Position numbers and translations under genes: made by a program. Positions 50,401-64,000 of a stretch of DNA of 64,000 nucleotides are shown here, in pieces. The DNA is taken from NCBI RefSeq assembly GCF_008831285.2, contig NC_045138.2, positions 27,094,001-27,158,000 on the forward strand, given 5' to 3'. Source of the DNA: Nymphaea colorata. Taxonomy: Eukaryota. Within the stretch, counting starts at the first letter, position 1. Every line of letters begins with the position of its first letter. The notes below the pieces were generated by a model. The model was not told the DNA's origin and ran no database searches. It saw only the letters and a program-made list of their open reading frames with translations.

Positions 50401-51971
50401 CTGACTCCGCTCGAACCTTCTTCAGGGAGACGGCTGGAGGAGAGGGGCGACCGATCCCGATTCCCGAGACTGTTTGTTCCTTAGCAATTTGCCGCCGGCC
50501 CGCCCCAGTTTTTGCTGACGATCCCAATCCGCCATTAATTGTTAAGGTCAGTTCCGGTTCGGGTAGATGTGCAGGGAGAAATTAACTCCCTCTGAGGACT
50601 CATCACGGAAAAAAGAAATACGTGTTAATCAGGAAACTAAAAGTGGAAGAAAGCCCCAACTCTCATTCGGGCAGTGGGGGATAAGGGATTCATTCTTTTG
50701 CTCACTCGAAACTCGAAAGCGTTTTGCGATACGTCCATTGATGAGCAAGATATGTTTTCTCTTTCTACCAAAAGGTCATTTTGGTAATTTATTGAGTAAA
50801 AAGAATTTTTAAATTTCACTTAAGCTCCAATAGGGAAAAAAAAATTCATTTAACACGCAGGGGTATTCTGATCCTTTGCAATTCATCACGCAGTTCCTTA
50901 GGAAGCCGTAATATATAATCAGTTATCTCCCAACGTTTGAACAATTGCACCGACGAGGCAGAAGAAAAAACAATATGCAGGCTTTGTGTGGGCGGTTGCC
51001 CATGGAGTTTTTAAAAAATTACTGCATTTCGCATACTAGTTGACCCAATCATAAACATAAGATGCCTCTCAAAGCTTTTAAATAATTTGACAGTGCTTTA
51101 TTTTATTTATTTAGTTATATATTTAAAGGATCAATAATTTTTAAAATTTGTGTCCTCCAGCTCAAAATTTCTAAAACTTCGTCAAATATGCATGTCTTTA
51201 CACTACATAATATATATATATATATATGTATATATGTCGTTCATGTTAATGTTCATGTAGAGATGACAATGGGTGCAAGTATTTGTTGACTAAGCATCGA
51301 ACCTTTTCTGTCGGGAAATTCTGAGAAGATCTTCTATGAAAAAAATGCTGTGTTTTTAAACCACGTATTTTTATTCTTAGAAGTTAGATCTAACAAACGG
51401 GTAGATACAGTAACACTAATCTTCTAAAACAACAATGTGTAATGTCTTCGGAACATGAACTTTCAAAACATATGTTGCAGAAACACACCCTTTTATTCAT
51501 AAGTAGCTCGTAATGCATGTCCAAAATTGAGTAGGAGATTCGACGAGGATTTATCGACTTGATTGCATGTAAAAGTACCTAATCTGCTTATATAAACACT
51601 ACGTAAGTAAAGCATACTAGGAACGAGAAAACGTTTCTATAACTGACATTTTTAAATAGGAAACCAAAATATGTAGTAGTTACGTGGTTGCTATTGACCA
51701 TACTTAGTTACATCGAACCCAAAACCAAAGTATAAAATAAGAGGAGACTGAATTTTTATGATGCAAATATTTCGATATGGGGAAGACGATGTGTTCCTAT
51801 AATGAAACAGAAAAAATCAAAGAAAAAAAGGTGTGCTTATACCAACATAACTTTTCCAATATGACTTAATAGGAACACTTCCTTGTTAGCAACTTCTTAA
51901 CTTAAAGACATCTGGTCATGCAAGCAGCATTTGAATAGTGTGCCGTTGGTTCTTGGGGTTGGTGACTAAAG

Positions 51972-52150
51972 CAGGGGCAGAGGGAGAGGGGGGCCCGCCC
52001 GGGCCATGGCCCGGGTGAGCGCAGGAAATTTTTTTTTTTACATTGAAAAAATCCATTTTTTTTAGTTTGGCCCGACCAGTCGCTCCTCTTGGCCCGACTC
52101 TGGCCCGGCCCGCATGCTCGACCCTAAAAAAAATCCTGGCTCCACCCTTG
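51972..52150. mobile_element. hAT-type MITE (CAGGGGCGGAGC-like TIR family)
   Basis: Ends CAGGGGCAGAG...CTCCACCCTTG; 8-bp TSD GACTAAAG / GACTAAAT (7/8); internal GGCCCG repeats. Confidence 0.8.
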
Positions 52151-55100
52151 GACTAAATGGTCGTTCAGCCAAAAAAAAAAATCTTGACTCCGCCACTGAT
52201 TTACCAGTATTCTTTTGCATGCGGAATAAATTTAGAAAAGGATTTGTGCTCTGGGGCTCATTGAATAATTGGGAACCAGCAGATCTTTAGCAATCCCGCC
52301 TGGAAATACAGGTGCACTTAGATCTTTACAGGAGACCAACTGCTTAGTGAAACATAATGTGTATTTTGATGAGATCAATTATCATAATTATTTTGTCTAT
52401 TTTTCTGTTTTAACATCGAGATAGAAGGGAATCCACCAAGTAAAAGTAACCCAAAAAAAGGAATCCAAACTACATATCGGGATCTTGTACATAATAAAAT
52501 ATGAACCCCAACTAACCTATTCGCAGCCCAAACAATGGACGATTATTTTGTGACTTTGTCCATGTAAAACAAAGATCATGAACAAGTCATAGAAGATCAG
52601 CAATTGCTTCGCGAGTTGCCAGAAAAAGCTCCGGCGACATCTGCTTAATTAGGCCGCCGGCGATTTAGGACCTTCAAGTTGAAGGAGGTCTGGATTCCTT
52701 GTCCGACGCTCTACAGTGGTAAAAGGGTACTCATGTCTCAACCAGGGACCAAAATTACAATGAAACAACCAGCAGACACTTCATCAACTGCAAGCCAAAA
52801 CCATAAAGGCTGCTAAAAGTTTTCGTTTTTCATGATTTTCTATTGTTAATATGTTTTAATGGGCATGATCTATATATATATATATATATATTTTTTTAAA
52901 TCTAAAGCAGAGACTGACAATAATTAAATTGACAAAAAGGCTACAAAACTGGTTTATTTATCCCAATACAAGGAAAATGGATTTTTGACACATCTGTTGG
53001 ATAATCTGGATTTTTGACACATCTGTTCGATAAATCTGACGAAGTTCTGCCAAAACCCTGCTTAATAACGAAAAGATGCCAAAAAAATGGAAATAAATAG
53101 CAAACTGGGTCTATGTTATGGATAAGAGGAAAATGTTCTTTTTGCCCATCAGTTTTATAACTTTATTGAGAATATTGAAGTGAAGGGACGCGACAGACTG
53201 AAACTGTACTGGGCAGCTCTCCCACGTAAACAACTTAACCGCATATCCAAAGGACATACTTCAATGGCATGAGGCTTTTCCTCAGGCATATTGTTCACTA
53301 TCTGTTCATAAATAGCAGTGATGATAATAACCAGGCACAAAAGCTAGGAATCGGTAATTAAGATCAAAGCCAGTACACTTTTCTTTTTTCCTTCTTTCTG
53401 AAGAATGGCAGTGGTCTTTCACGGTATAGGTGAGAGCAAGGGCTCATAAAATAGGTTCTATTTGGCTATTTAGTGTTTGATTCTTAAGATCCCATGCCGT
53501 TCATGGGAAGGGAGGTGATTGTGCAGTTGCAGAAGTAAGAGGCTTTTTTAGCTTTTTCTGATACTGTATCTGCTATCTACCATGGATGTAGAGACAAAAA
53601 GAAAGACCAGTACCGTTGAATGTTTCAACTCCTATTTGATCCAGAGCATTCCTTGAATGTTTTTGCTGACGAGTTGAATTCAGAAACCAGTTTTAACAAC
53701 ATTGGAACAGAAAACCTTCTTTTCAATTTCAATAGTTGCCAAAAGAAGTGGGCTGCATATAAGTAAGGATCAAATCAACTTGTTTCGGGTTACTCAACAA
53801 CATAAATCACACATTTAATTCTCAAAGTTGTGAACCAGATAAGAACTATCATAATTGAAATACTATGGTTCTAAGTTTTGCCATCAATTAATCTTATTGG
53901 AGACATGGTACTTCAGTATATTTTGAATTTTAGTTCTGCCATTTTCGTGCCAATTGCTAAAATCAGAAACATGATAAGAAAATTGAATTTGATTAGAGGT
54001 TAAATTGAAACACACGGAATCCGATTAATTATATACTAAGAAATTTTTATTTCCATTTAGAGCATGCTAACCAGAAATTTAACTTCAAGTAGACTTACAA
54101 GTCGGATGCGGCAACAGGTAGGGCATTTGTATCATGGTATGAGATTATGCAGACGCTATCAGATTATGCTGAGAAGTCCCCTGGATACCAAACTCTTGGG
54201 CCAGGAGATCCGGTCTGCAGCCTAACCTGAGCCGGAAGTAATTGCCTGAGGCTTTAGTTTCACGATTCAGCGTCATCAGGTTCTAATTGCCTTCATTTGT
54301 TTGTGACAAACCCTGTGACATCTCCCACAATGTTGCTCTTGTTGGCATTCAATTTTTACCAGTAATAAAGGTTAAGGGATGAACTTTTTCAGTGTTGGAG
54401 TAGCTCTATTTATAACAGGCTTTGAATTTGGAGATAACAAACCCCGAGATTTCGAGTTTCAAGGCCTATTGAAGAAGGTACCTACGAAAAGAAGCAGAAA
54501 AGAAAGCTTGCAGAATTTCAGCTGTAATTTTCTACAACTGTGCCATTTTTCTGCAACTGTGCCATATCTTTCGAAAAGTTCCCATTCTTTCTGTTGGTTT
54601 CTCGAGCGATTTTCTTTTCACAGGCATAGATTGTACGATATTAGTTTTGACTTTGGGCTACGTGCGTACCTTTCATTTCTGATTCAGATTCACCATTTCC
54701 CTGTGTACCAGAGATCGATAAACTGCATTAGAAAAACCTATTTGTCGATGAACAGCTTGGCTGTTCGGCCGGGTCAATATCCATGAAGGGACAAACACCG
54801 GCGGTTTTATGAACTACCATTTTTGCACAGAAAGTTTAAAATTCAGTTTAGAATGAGACCAGCATTATATTCTTTGGGAAAACAGAGATTTTGGAATTTA
54901 AAAAGCCTTGTCTTCATGCATAAACTTGTATAGGTTTGATTCCAGCATTTTTTTCCGGCTTGTTATTTGAGCGGCTTCACAAGTTTCACGGTTCTGTAGA
55001 AATGGACTCATCCATCCTATGATTGCTGGAGTAGTATAGACAAAATTGGGGACAATACCGCCTCGATCAAGTGGTCAACTAGCCAAAATAATTTGAAGTG

Positions 55101-56578
55101 GTTTACACAATTTTTTCAAGTAAAACGACAGCATTCGAGGTGCATTATTATTAAAAAGAAAAATCATGGGCATACAATTAAAAGGCTCGTAATACATCAA
55201 ATTTGGTGAGTCGAAGAATCTCGTTTATGATTCAGAACGTCATCTATAAAAAAAGATTATGTTGAAGCTGTGTATATCATCACATTCCTCTTCGCATTTG
55301 GGAAACCCTCCGGATTACAAAGCACAATGCTGTCTAACATGCCTCGGCTGGTCCCTTTTTGAGTCTTGATGTGAATAGATTTCGGCACTGTGTTTTTATC
55401 TAAAAGTGCTGTGTTCTTATTCGAGGTCCTGTTTGTTTTGTGCAGCTAATTTCTGGGAGGCCTTGCCTCCAATGCATCGGAAGGGCACATCATAGAAGCA
55501 GGCAGAGAGAGATTGAAAATTTTCAGGACTGATAAAGCTGCACTGCCTGTACAATGAGAAGCCAAAGAGGCTCGACCAGTATCAACCTTTCAAGAGAATG
55601 TGAGTTTCTAGAGTCACCTTCTTGGTACCGTCATTAAAGCTCTTTTTCTTTTTTCCTATCTTTTCAGGGATCAAGAAATTTGAAAACATGTCAGGTTACT
55701 GCATTAGCGGTCTTCTCTTTGGAGATTCAATGACAAGAAGCATCATTGGCCACACTGTGCCTCCCAGAGGTGCAGGGTGTTAAGTGTAGCAGACACATAG
55801 GTATGTGTGCTGCAGAGGGATTTAAACAGGTGTTGGAAAGGCTTCCACTGACATCTTGAAGGGCCTTTCCTACCTCTTTTAAACAGAAATCTGTTCTTAG
55901 TTTCAAAGAAAAGAAACTAGCGAGGAAGCGACCGATCCATGTGGCATTCAGATTGCAGTGTCAAAACAGATAGACCCAGTTTCTGGAGAGCCTTGAAACT
56001 GGCGTTTTTTTGGGAGAAAGTGAAAAACTGGCGTTTCTCTGGGAGAAAGTGAAAACCAGAACTATTGAATACACTTCAGCATTACAAATCTTTAGAAAAG
56101 AAAATTACAGTGCTGTCATACGGGTGTAAACTGTAAAATCAGTCTGAGTCTGCTGACACAACAGAAGTCCAGTCTAACTTTTTCATATTTTTAAACTATT
56201 TTGTGGCAGTAACACTGGCCTTAATTTTTCATCACCCCCTCTCTTTCTCCAGTTAAATCCATTGAAAACTCAGAAAAAAGGGAAACAGTTGGCTTGTCCT
56301 TCAAGAAATATGGAAACGAGAAAGAGAGAGTGAAGAGGCCAATGAAATGGACTTCAGCTGTATTGTCAAACAGATGTAGAAATCGCTTGTCTGAGAAGGA
56401 AGATCAAATGGGTACAGAATGTTGCGACTGTACAAGATTTCCTCCTCTTCCCAAGTTATTCACTAATAGCGTTCTGTACAGCATGATTTGTTGATGATAT
56501 ATAATACCAGAACCCATCATCGTCACAAACTATACCATCTCATTAGCCCCTGCAAAGAGCTGTCTCCCTTTGTTCATC

Positions 56579-57184
56579 ATGGCGCCTAGTCAGCTGCAGC
56601 TTAGAGCCATTGTCTGCTCTATTATCATCATTCTCACCGTCTCCCAAAGCCTTCTCTTTCTTCCTGTCTCATGCGGCCGCATGATCCTCACCAATCTCCA
56701 GCATAACGGTGAGTTCTAACCTTTATTTATTGTTCTCACTAACAGTTCCATTATTATCCCAAGAAAGAAAAAACCTGTTTAACGGATGATGCCTTGATGA
56801 ATTAGCCACCGTAACCAACTGGTTCTTTCTGTGGATTACATGCAGGCAGAAGTTCAAGTACTTCCATGGATAACAGTTGGGTATCTCTCCATGTAAGCAT
56901 CTCTCTCTTTTCTCATTCACTATCTCTCTCTTTTCTCTGATCTCTTATCCATCTTGCTTCCAATGATGTAGGCGGATTGGATGGGAAACCATTTAGAAGG
57001 AACAAATGCAGTTGGTGGCGCCCTTGGCTCAAGACCACCCAGATGCGAGAACAGGTGTGGGACATGCAGGCCATGTGAAGCAACACAGGTACCTACGACA
57101 ACTGTGAGAGAAAGACTAGAGTATGCAAACTATGAGCCTGAAGGATGGAAATGCAAGTGCGGAGCTTCTTTCTTCAATCCATAG
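56579..57184 (+). CDS. EPIDERMAL PATTERNING FACTOR-like secreted Cys-rich peptide (EPFL1/2/3-type); exons 56579-56708, 56846-56880, 56972-57184
   Basis: Hydrophobic signal peptide (LRAIVCSIIIILTVSQSLLFLPVSC), GT-AG introns with consistent phases, mature domain GSRPPRCENRCGTCRPCEATQVP...YANYEPEGWKCKCGASFFNP with six Cys. Confidence 0.93.
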
Positions 57185-58683
57185 AACCATGCCAAGCATC
57201 AATTTTCTGTATAAAAAAGTTCATTATATAGTATGTATACTGTGGCAAAAGACATGCGTGGAATCTCTGCAGATACATCATGGCCGTGAGATAATTTATC
57301 TTTTGGGTCATAACATCATGATCGAGCATGTTCTGGACGCTTTCACTTTGTCCGTTGCCATAGCTGCATGTTATCGATTTTGAGTTCCCCCATAGACTAT
57401 ATTTCCGGTTATGTAACTTCTGTAATACTAACTAAGCGAGCAATAAACTTTTTCTCCGTGTTTTATACTGACTACTGTCTTTAGATTGACCCTGCCAAAG
57501 AGATTAGAGAGTGATAAACAAGTTGACGAAGCAATTTTATGGTACATCGGCTTGTAAGATACTAATAGCAAGTCTCTCTCTCTCTCTCTCTCTCTCTTTG
57601 GTGTAACTAAAGTACCATTTGGGTAAGTCTGCAATATTCACTTTCTCAAACAGTATAGTTCTAAGGGGAACATCAGCGGGACATACAACTTGTTTTCATG
57701 GAAATGGATATATTCCGTTCCAAGATTGCCTTATCATAAATTAGAAAGTCTGTAACTTTTGTCACAAATAGATTTGGAGCTCGCAACGCAAAATTTGCTC
57801 ATGAAAAGTCAGAGAAGAGTTCAGTGAGTGACAGTAGCACGTGATCTCTCTAATCAGATATACCCGCTAAAAATGGCGCCTTCCTTTCTAATCAGATCCT
57901 TCCCATCAAAGCATGCAGCTGTGCCATTGAAGAGCGAGCCTCTCTGCAGAAGAGGTACCCTTAGTTTTCTTGAACAGAGTTTAGATAGGAGTACTCTGTT
58001 TGTAGCAGTTTTAAAAAAGCCACTAGTCTTTTATTGGAATAACAAAGTCTAGAAGTAATATTATGATCGCTAAATAGAAGTATTTTTATGGGCATACTTT
58101 ATATATTTGCATAAAAGAATCTTCCATCAGAAAACTTTCAATGTCTTCATTAGGTTTGGAGTCTGCACTTAGTGGTGCATGTTCACGAGGAGGCGGGTTG
58201 CGCATGATCCTTGCAGCATTCTTCTCAAGGTCGATCGAGGCATTCAAAAAAAAAAAAATTTTGAAATAAACGACCAAACAAGAGTTTGAAGTGAATGACC
58301 AATGGTGCAACTTGTGATAATATTTTGTATTACTATACAAGTATTATATGAAACTTCTTGGTTATTATCACTAATCAGGGGGGTGTTCAGTAAATGGGAA
58401 CATTAACAAGCTGGTCATGAATATTGAGTTGGATTAATTAATTAATTAAACATTGTATTAAAAAGCTGCTTTAATCTTTAGGCATTCTTGTTGCCAAGTG
58501 CCATTTAAGAGCCTGCGTATGCTTGGGATTATGTTGAGGGAGCTCATGGTCACACAACTTGATCAATTGTTACCATTCTTGTACCCGACAACACTAACCT
58601 TTCTTGATTTAAGGCCGAGTTCCATAACAACCCTTGGATATAAGATTCAAGGATCTTGTAACTTTTTGTCTCGCTCTTCTTTG

Positions 58684-59086
58684 GGGCCCGTTTGATGGGC
58701 ATGACATTTTCTGCACTAGAAATAGAATTCAAATTTTTAAATTTTTTTCTTGAGATGAAAAAATAATCGTTGGGTTGGTTTTCAAAAATTTTTTGGATGA
58801 AAAAAATTACTGTTTGATTGGTTTTGAGAAATTTCTAGGATGAAAAAAGTAACCGTTGAACTCTCAAAGCGTTCCTTAATTCAACAATTTGCTTTTTTCT
58901 TCTCTCTTTTTTCTTCTTTCATTCCTATCAAAATGAAAAATTTATTTACTCGAATATAAACCCAAGTCTAGCAAATACAAAAGGGTTTTAGAAATCTAGA
59001 TTTTGTTTTGATTTCATCAATTCTTAAAATGTCTCTTTTTGAAAACTTCTTTTCAACTCCATATTTTCAATGCATCAAACGGCCCC
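58684..59086. mobile_element. Tourist/PIF-Harbinger-like MITE
   Basis: TIRs GGGCCCGTTTGATG / CATCAAACGGCCCC, TAA on the right flank, AT-rich interior with internal repeats of about 40 bp. Confidence 0.7.
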
Positions 59087-61379
59087 TAAAAGTTTCCTAC
59101 ATCTCTCTCCCTTCCCTCACCACACGTGGGTGGGCAGAAACATATATATTATAAAAATGAAGTCGACACAATTTAATTTAATGTGTAGTGAAGAATTGTT
59201 ATTTGCACAACTGGTTGGGCTAGTGGCTAGCACTGTGGATTTGAGTCACAAAAGTACAATCGGATCAAGGGGTGATAGAATGACCTTGCGGGTTTTACGC
59301 CAAATACAAACAACAAAGTCTCTCAACTTGCTCTCTGCCTGTGGCCGGCTTTTTCCCCAAATAAAAAGAGAAGGTTAGACCCACCATTGCTTTGAGGGAC
59401 ATGTGGACGAAAAAGCAGGTATATTATTACACTAGAACGAACCAGCGAGAAGCTTTTAGGTAGCAAGCCAAGCAACTCAAAAGCAAAATAAATGTATCTA
59501 AAAGGACATTATCTTTAAAAGTCCAACCCAATTGTCCAATTGTTAATTTCTATGGTCCCTAATAAGGTTGAACGAGTCCTTTTTCTTTTTTTTATTAGTA
59601 TTTTTTTCCATAGGCAAGTTAGGGTTAGGCAGAACTCGACCGGGTTGTGTCCGACAAAATGCATCATGTAAGTTATTTGATAGTGAAATTTGCTGAGGGG
59701 CGGAGTCAAGGTAGGGCCGCCTTGGGCCCTGGCCCCACATCAATTTTTTAAAAGTTTACATGTAAATTTAAAAAAAAATCACTTGTCTTATATAAAAAAA
59801 AATTGAAAAATGATATTTCAACCCCTAGTCAAAATTTAGAATCTGCAAATCGTAAATGGGAGCCAACTACTTGACTACTCAAGAAAACGTGGTGGACCTA
59901 AAAAAAAAATCGGTCATATCTTTCCTTGTTTCTTTTATTTTACGGTGATGACAAAACCATTGTGATTTTGATCGATTTATGTGTTCAAAGTTTATGAAGT
60001 AGCTGTGGGCTTGACTTAGTTCTTTGATTCCACGCATCCCATAGACCGAAGCCCATCGAACCCACTAAATTTTACTAGTTTCTTTTTGACCGTCCTCTAG
60101 TTAATTCAGATCCTAATCAAGTCTCTACACATTTTTAGCCTTATGATATACTTATCCACCAAGATTAAACCTTGTTTGGATATTTGTTATGTGCCCATGC
60201 ACATAGAGGAGGAAGAACATTGTGTAATTAGAATACATGTTCTCAGATCATATGTTTAAAGAACGTTTCAAGAAATATGGTGCGACTATGAATGTTATTT
60301 TTTAAACTTAAGAGCCAAAAGCTAAACATAATGTCACAGTAGAACAATAACCTTGTATTGTTAATTAACCCACGAATTGTAGGAACATGTGTTATGGTAA
60401 CATTATATAGGTTTTTCTCACTAAATGACTTGTAAGTGGCCCATATGTCTTTAGACTCGACAATCAACGATATTTTTTTCAACAAAAGACATATTTTTGA
60501 GTCACTGCGTCCACCTCCCAATATGTTCAATTGCTGTGCTTCTCAAAAAATTTGGCCTTTCGATTGCACATCGGTTCAGAAAGCTAGAAATTTTTTATGA
60601 GAGAGGCCATTGTAAATTTTGATACGGCCGAAATATTATTTTTTAAAATTTTTATATAAAATAAGTAAAATTTGCTAAAATTTATGTGTTTATTTTTTTT
60701 TGAAAGGGGGGCCAGGTCCCTATGGGTCCCCTCGCTCCACCCCTGCCCTTGGTCACGTATAAGTTTTGGTTTGACTGAAAGTCCTAATTTTGACATTGAG
60801 ATGCCTTCTCTTACGCCGCATTGACTGCAATTCCCTTTGAAAGGACTCGCAGCTCCAAAAACGGCCGTTTTCTTTTCTGATCTATGGAAACAGGTCTGTC
60901 CCTTTGACGCATTTTCAATGGACCATTCAACTCTCATTTAACAAATTATAATTAGGTACGGCATAGATACGTGGGGTCTCCAGCTTAATTTAACTATTGG
61001 ACTTTCCTTCAATTATATTATATGGGGCTGCTTCATAAGACTCGAGTTACTGCCGCATGACCAATTAAAAATTTGTTAACTATATGTTTTATGCTTCATT
61101 GAAAAAACCTTTTTGGTTTGTCCAATCTGAGTTGAGAAAAATGGCAGTCAATGGAAAAAAAAACTTAAAAAAAACATCCTCTAATATATATATATATATA
61201 TATATTGGGACGCACTTCATTTTTATAATATATATGTTTCTGTATAGGACACATTGTACATCATTTTTATCTTTTTTTGGATCAATAAAGGTCCCGGCCT
61301 AACCCAGATAAAAGCTCCCACCCAACCCCACCTCTTTTCCTACCGTCTTTTGGCCCGCTTTATTTTATGTACGGATGCC

Positions 61380-61810
61380 AATTTATATGATGGAACCATT
61401 GGATTTGAAAAAAAATTCCAACAAAAATCCGGTCAGTTTCAAATCTTAGAAGCAGCATCCGATTGGGTTCGGATATATACATAAGTATTCATTTGGATTC
61501 AGATCAGATCAAATTTAGTTTTAAATGAATATCCTATGTTCAACGTCCTTACCATTTTAAAAATAGTTTAGATTCGGTCCACAATTCAGATTCAGATTCA
61601 GATTCATATATGAATGTAAAAATAGATTCCATGACATTTGGGTAGTGAAATCAGACTTTGCTTCCGGATTCATACATTGATTTTTTTTTTCCCTATTTGA
61701 ATTTGAATGTAAAAATCGATTTGAATTACATTTGGATAGCGAAATCAGATTTAGCATTCGGATTCAGATATAATTTTCTTTTCTCGTATTTGAATTTGAA
61801 TTCAAATCCC
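61380..61810. repeat. Dispersed repeat family rich in GGATTC(A/G)GAT / ATCCGAATC motifs, probably decayed non-autonomous DNA transposons
   Basis: Many ATTCAGATTC/ATTCGGAT/TTTGAATTTG units. Similar tracts at about 4790-5050, 7845-8040, 28410-28700 and 31090-31240. Termini not resolved. Confidence 0.5.
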
Positions 61811-63057
61811 CTCACGCTCTCCCCTCTTATGTCTTATAAGGCGACGCGACCTCTAGAGGGGTCAGTTTGATCTTGGCCTCAGCTGGTTTAATGAAATCTT
61901 CTGAGTTCCAAAGAATGATACCAACCGGCGCTCCCAATCAGCATATGTTACATCAACATTGGTATTCACATCAAGTGGAATATGTTTTCCACCAAACTCA
62001 TCGGTCCTTAAATTTATTTGAACATTAAATCATCATAAGATAAGAAAAATTAGGAGATTTGCATTGGATTGTGTACCTTGTTTCAACGAGGGTAGCAGCC
62101 TATATTATATGTCAGTGTTACCGATCATTGGTCCCCGAGGAAGTTGGCACAATGAATGAGGAGGGGCCGTAGGCAGCCAGTTTTCTTTTTGAATTCGTAG
62201 GGTGTTAATTGTTTGTGTTGTAAAAGCAGGACAATCGACACATAGGTTGAAGTTTGGCAAGGACGACACTCCAAAGCACTAAAAGCAGGTCTTGTACTCT
62301 AGGGAGACAAGGGGTTGAATGCAACCTTCGGCCTTCAACCAGAAGGTCGGTCTCCGCTCTTATTCACAAAACAATGACCCATTATTTGATTAATTATGCG
62401 AGCGGCATTCGTAAATGTGACGGAAACGGAAGGTAGAAAGACCTCTACCTTTCAAACACGCTCGCAATTAGGACATAAACAACTAGGCCCGATCAACAGT
62501 CATTACATTGATCGAGTGTCACCTTTCACAGTGTCTAACTGCGACCAAGTCATGAACTTGTACGTGTGTATTACTTAATTAGCAGCTTAACCACACATTC
62601 CATCAACTCGAATGGCAGTGAACTGATGAAAATCGACTGTCGACCTCAATGAACAAGTCGTTGTGTAGCTTGTTTCTGTGTGAGAGAGAATCCAACTTGC
62701 TAACCTGAAAGGTGCAAGGTTTCACTGTAGTGTGATTGCCACTTGAAGCAGAAAAGCCTTAATGGGCACCCCATATATGTGAATAATAAAAGTTCGCCTG
62801 TTGCTTTCGTGTCAAAAGACAATACATCTATGTCAAGCTCAAACCCGTGGACTTGAAATTTTCAAGGAAATGAACCCACACCCACGCAGACCATGACCTA
62901 TACAATTGTTTATTGGCTTTAATCCACCAGGGAGAGAGAGAGAAGCATCCATGTTTGTGCATTCAATTAGATTTTAATCACCTATTCATTAACAGTGTGC
63001 TTGTGAATGAGTATTGGCCTTTAAATTCATATGGTTTATTGATTATACGCATCGGGC

Positions 63058-63308
63058 CTATGTCACCAGGGTGCGGCAACCCTGGTGACGCACCCTCGTC
63101 GACGCGATGCCGGTGCTGGTGCGGGTGCGACCCAGATTCGCACCCAATCTGCACCCTATTGATTTCAGTTTTTTTTTTATCAAATTTGATATTATTAATA
63201 TATAATAATAATAAATTAATAATAATAATAAATATCCTCGCCGCACCGTAAGTTTTTGAGATGTATCGCACTGGCACCCACACCCGCACCCGCATTCTGG
63301 TGACATAG
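63058..63308. mobile_element. hAT-type MITE, 251 bp, intact
   Basis: TIRs CTATGTCACCAG / CTGGTGACATAG. Perfect 8-bp TSD CATCGGGC at 63050-63057 and 63309-63316. Subterminal GCACCC repeats and an AT-rich core. Confidence 0.92.
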
Positions 63309-64000
63309 CATCGGGCCATGCCTTGCTCTTAATTGGCTTCATTATGTCAAGTATAGTTAGCAAACCCATGACTCGGATTGGTTGAAGATTAGCTTCACTG
63401 GGTCAGAGAGGGAGTTGACTCGGTAACTTGGCTATCATAAATTTTTATAATGCTTTTTTCTATGAATAGATGACAAAAGAAATTATATTGAGACTTCATG
63501 TTTGTTTTTTTTATCAATTAACTAGTAAAGTTTGTGATATTTCATAATTTAGAAAATAATTAACAAGGACGACTTGGATTGACAAGTTTGCCAACTACGA
63601 CGTCAAGGCCGGCCGCTTTTAACATTTATGGTCCTTACTTCCGAGTTTTTATTGCACATGCTATTCCACACCTTGCTTCTTCCTTGTCAAAAACACATGC
63701 AATTCGCATATTCTTCTCTGAAATTTAAGGGCAGTTTCCCCTTGTTGACTGGTTTCACTTTCTCTTATGCGTAGTTAGTCCACCTCTATGATCAGTTTGT
63801 TGTGGACTCATCTGGTCTGGTGGACTTTGTTTGTGTTTGATTAGTAAACGGGAAAAAGTTTCTTCTGATCTTTCTAATCCGATTTTGATGCTTAGTTATT
63901 TCTTTAAAAAAGATTTTTTTTTTAAAAAAAAAAAAAAGGGAGAGAGAGAGAGAGAGATTGACCGATATCTACAAATTGCAAGACTGGTTGCCATGAAAGA

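Noticed and set aside
53000..56500. Scattered splice-like signals and the ORF at 54379-54786 upstream of the EPFL gene
   Set aside because: No coherent reading frame or recognisable product.

Overview
AT-rich flowering-plant nuclear DNA with spliceosomal introns, microsatellites and MITEs. It may come from an early-diverging angiosperm such as a water lily, but that is only an impression. Six protein-coding genes could be assembled exon by exon: a 10-exon SurE-like phosphatase (+), an intronless CC-type glutaredoxin/ROXY (+), a 4-exon NPR1 (+) with a GC-AG intron, two tandem class A2-like heat-shock factors (-), and a 3-exon EPFL peptide gene (+). Transposon remains include hAT- and Tourist-like MITEs, a tandem TRIM-like LTR remnant and a LINE fragment. 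The least explained region is the HSF cluster (38.7-50.5 kb). A third HSE-bearing promoter between the two HSF genes has no HSF coding sequence and may drive a spliced 77-aa membrane micropeptide or an lncRNA. Two candidate upstream exons would add in-frame N-terminal extensions to the distal HSF. The glutaredoxin promoter is very dense in TGACG sites and lies about 13 kb from NPR1. All splice models are manual predictions without expression data.
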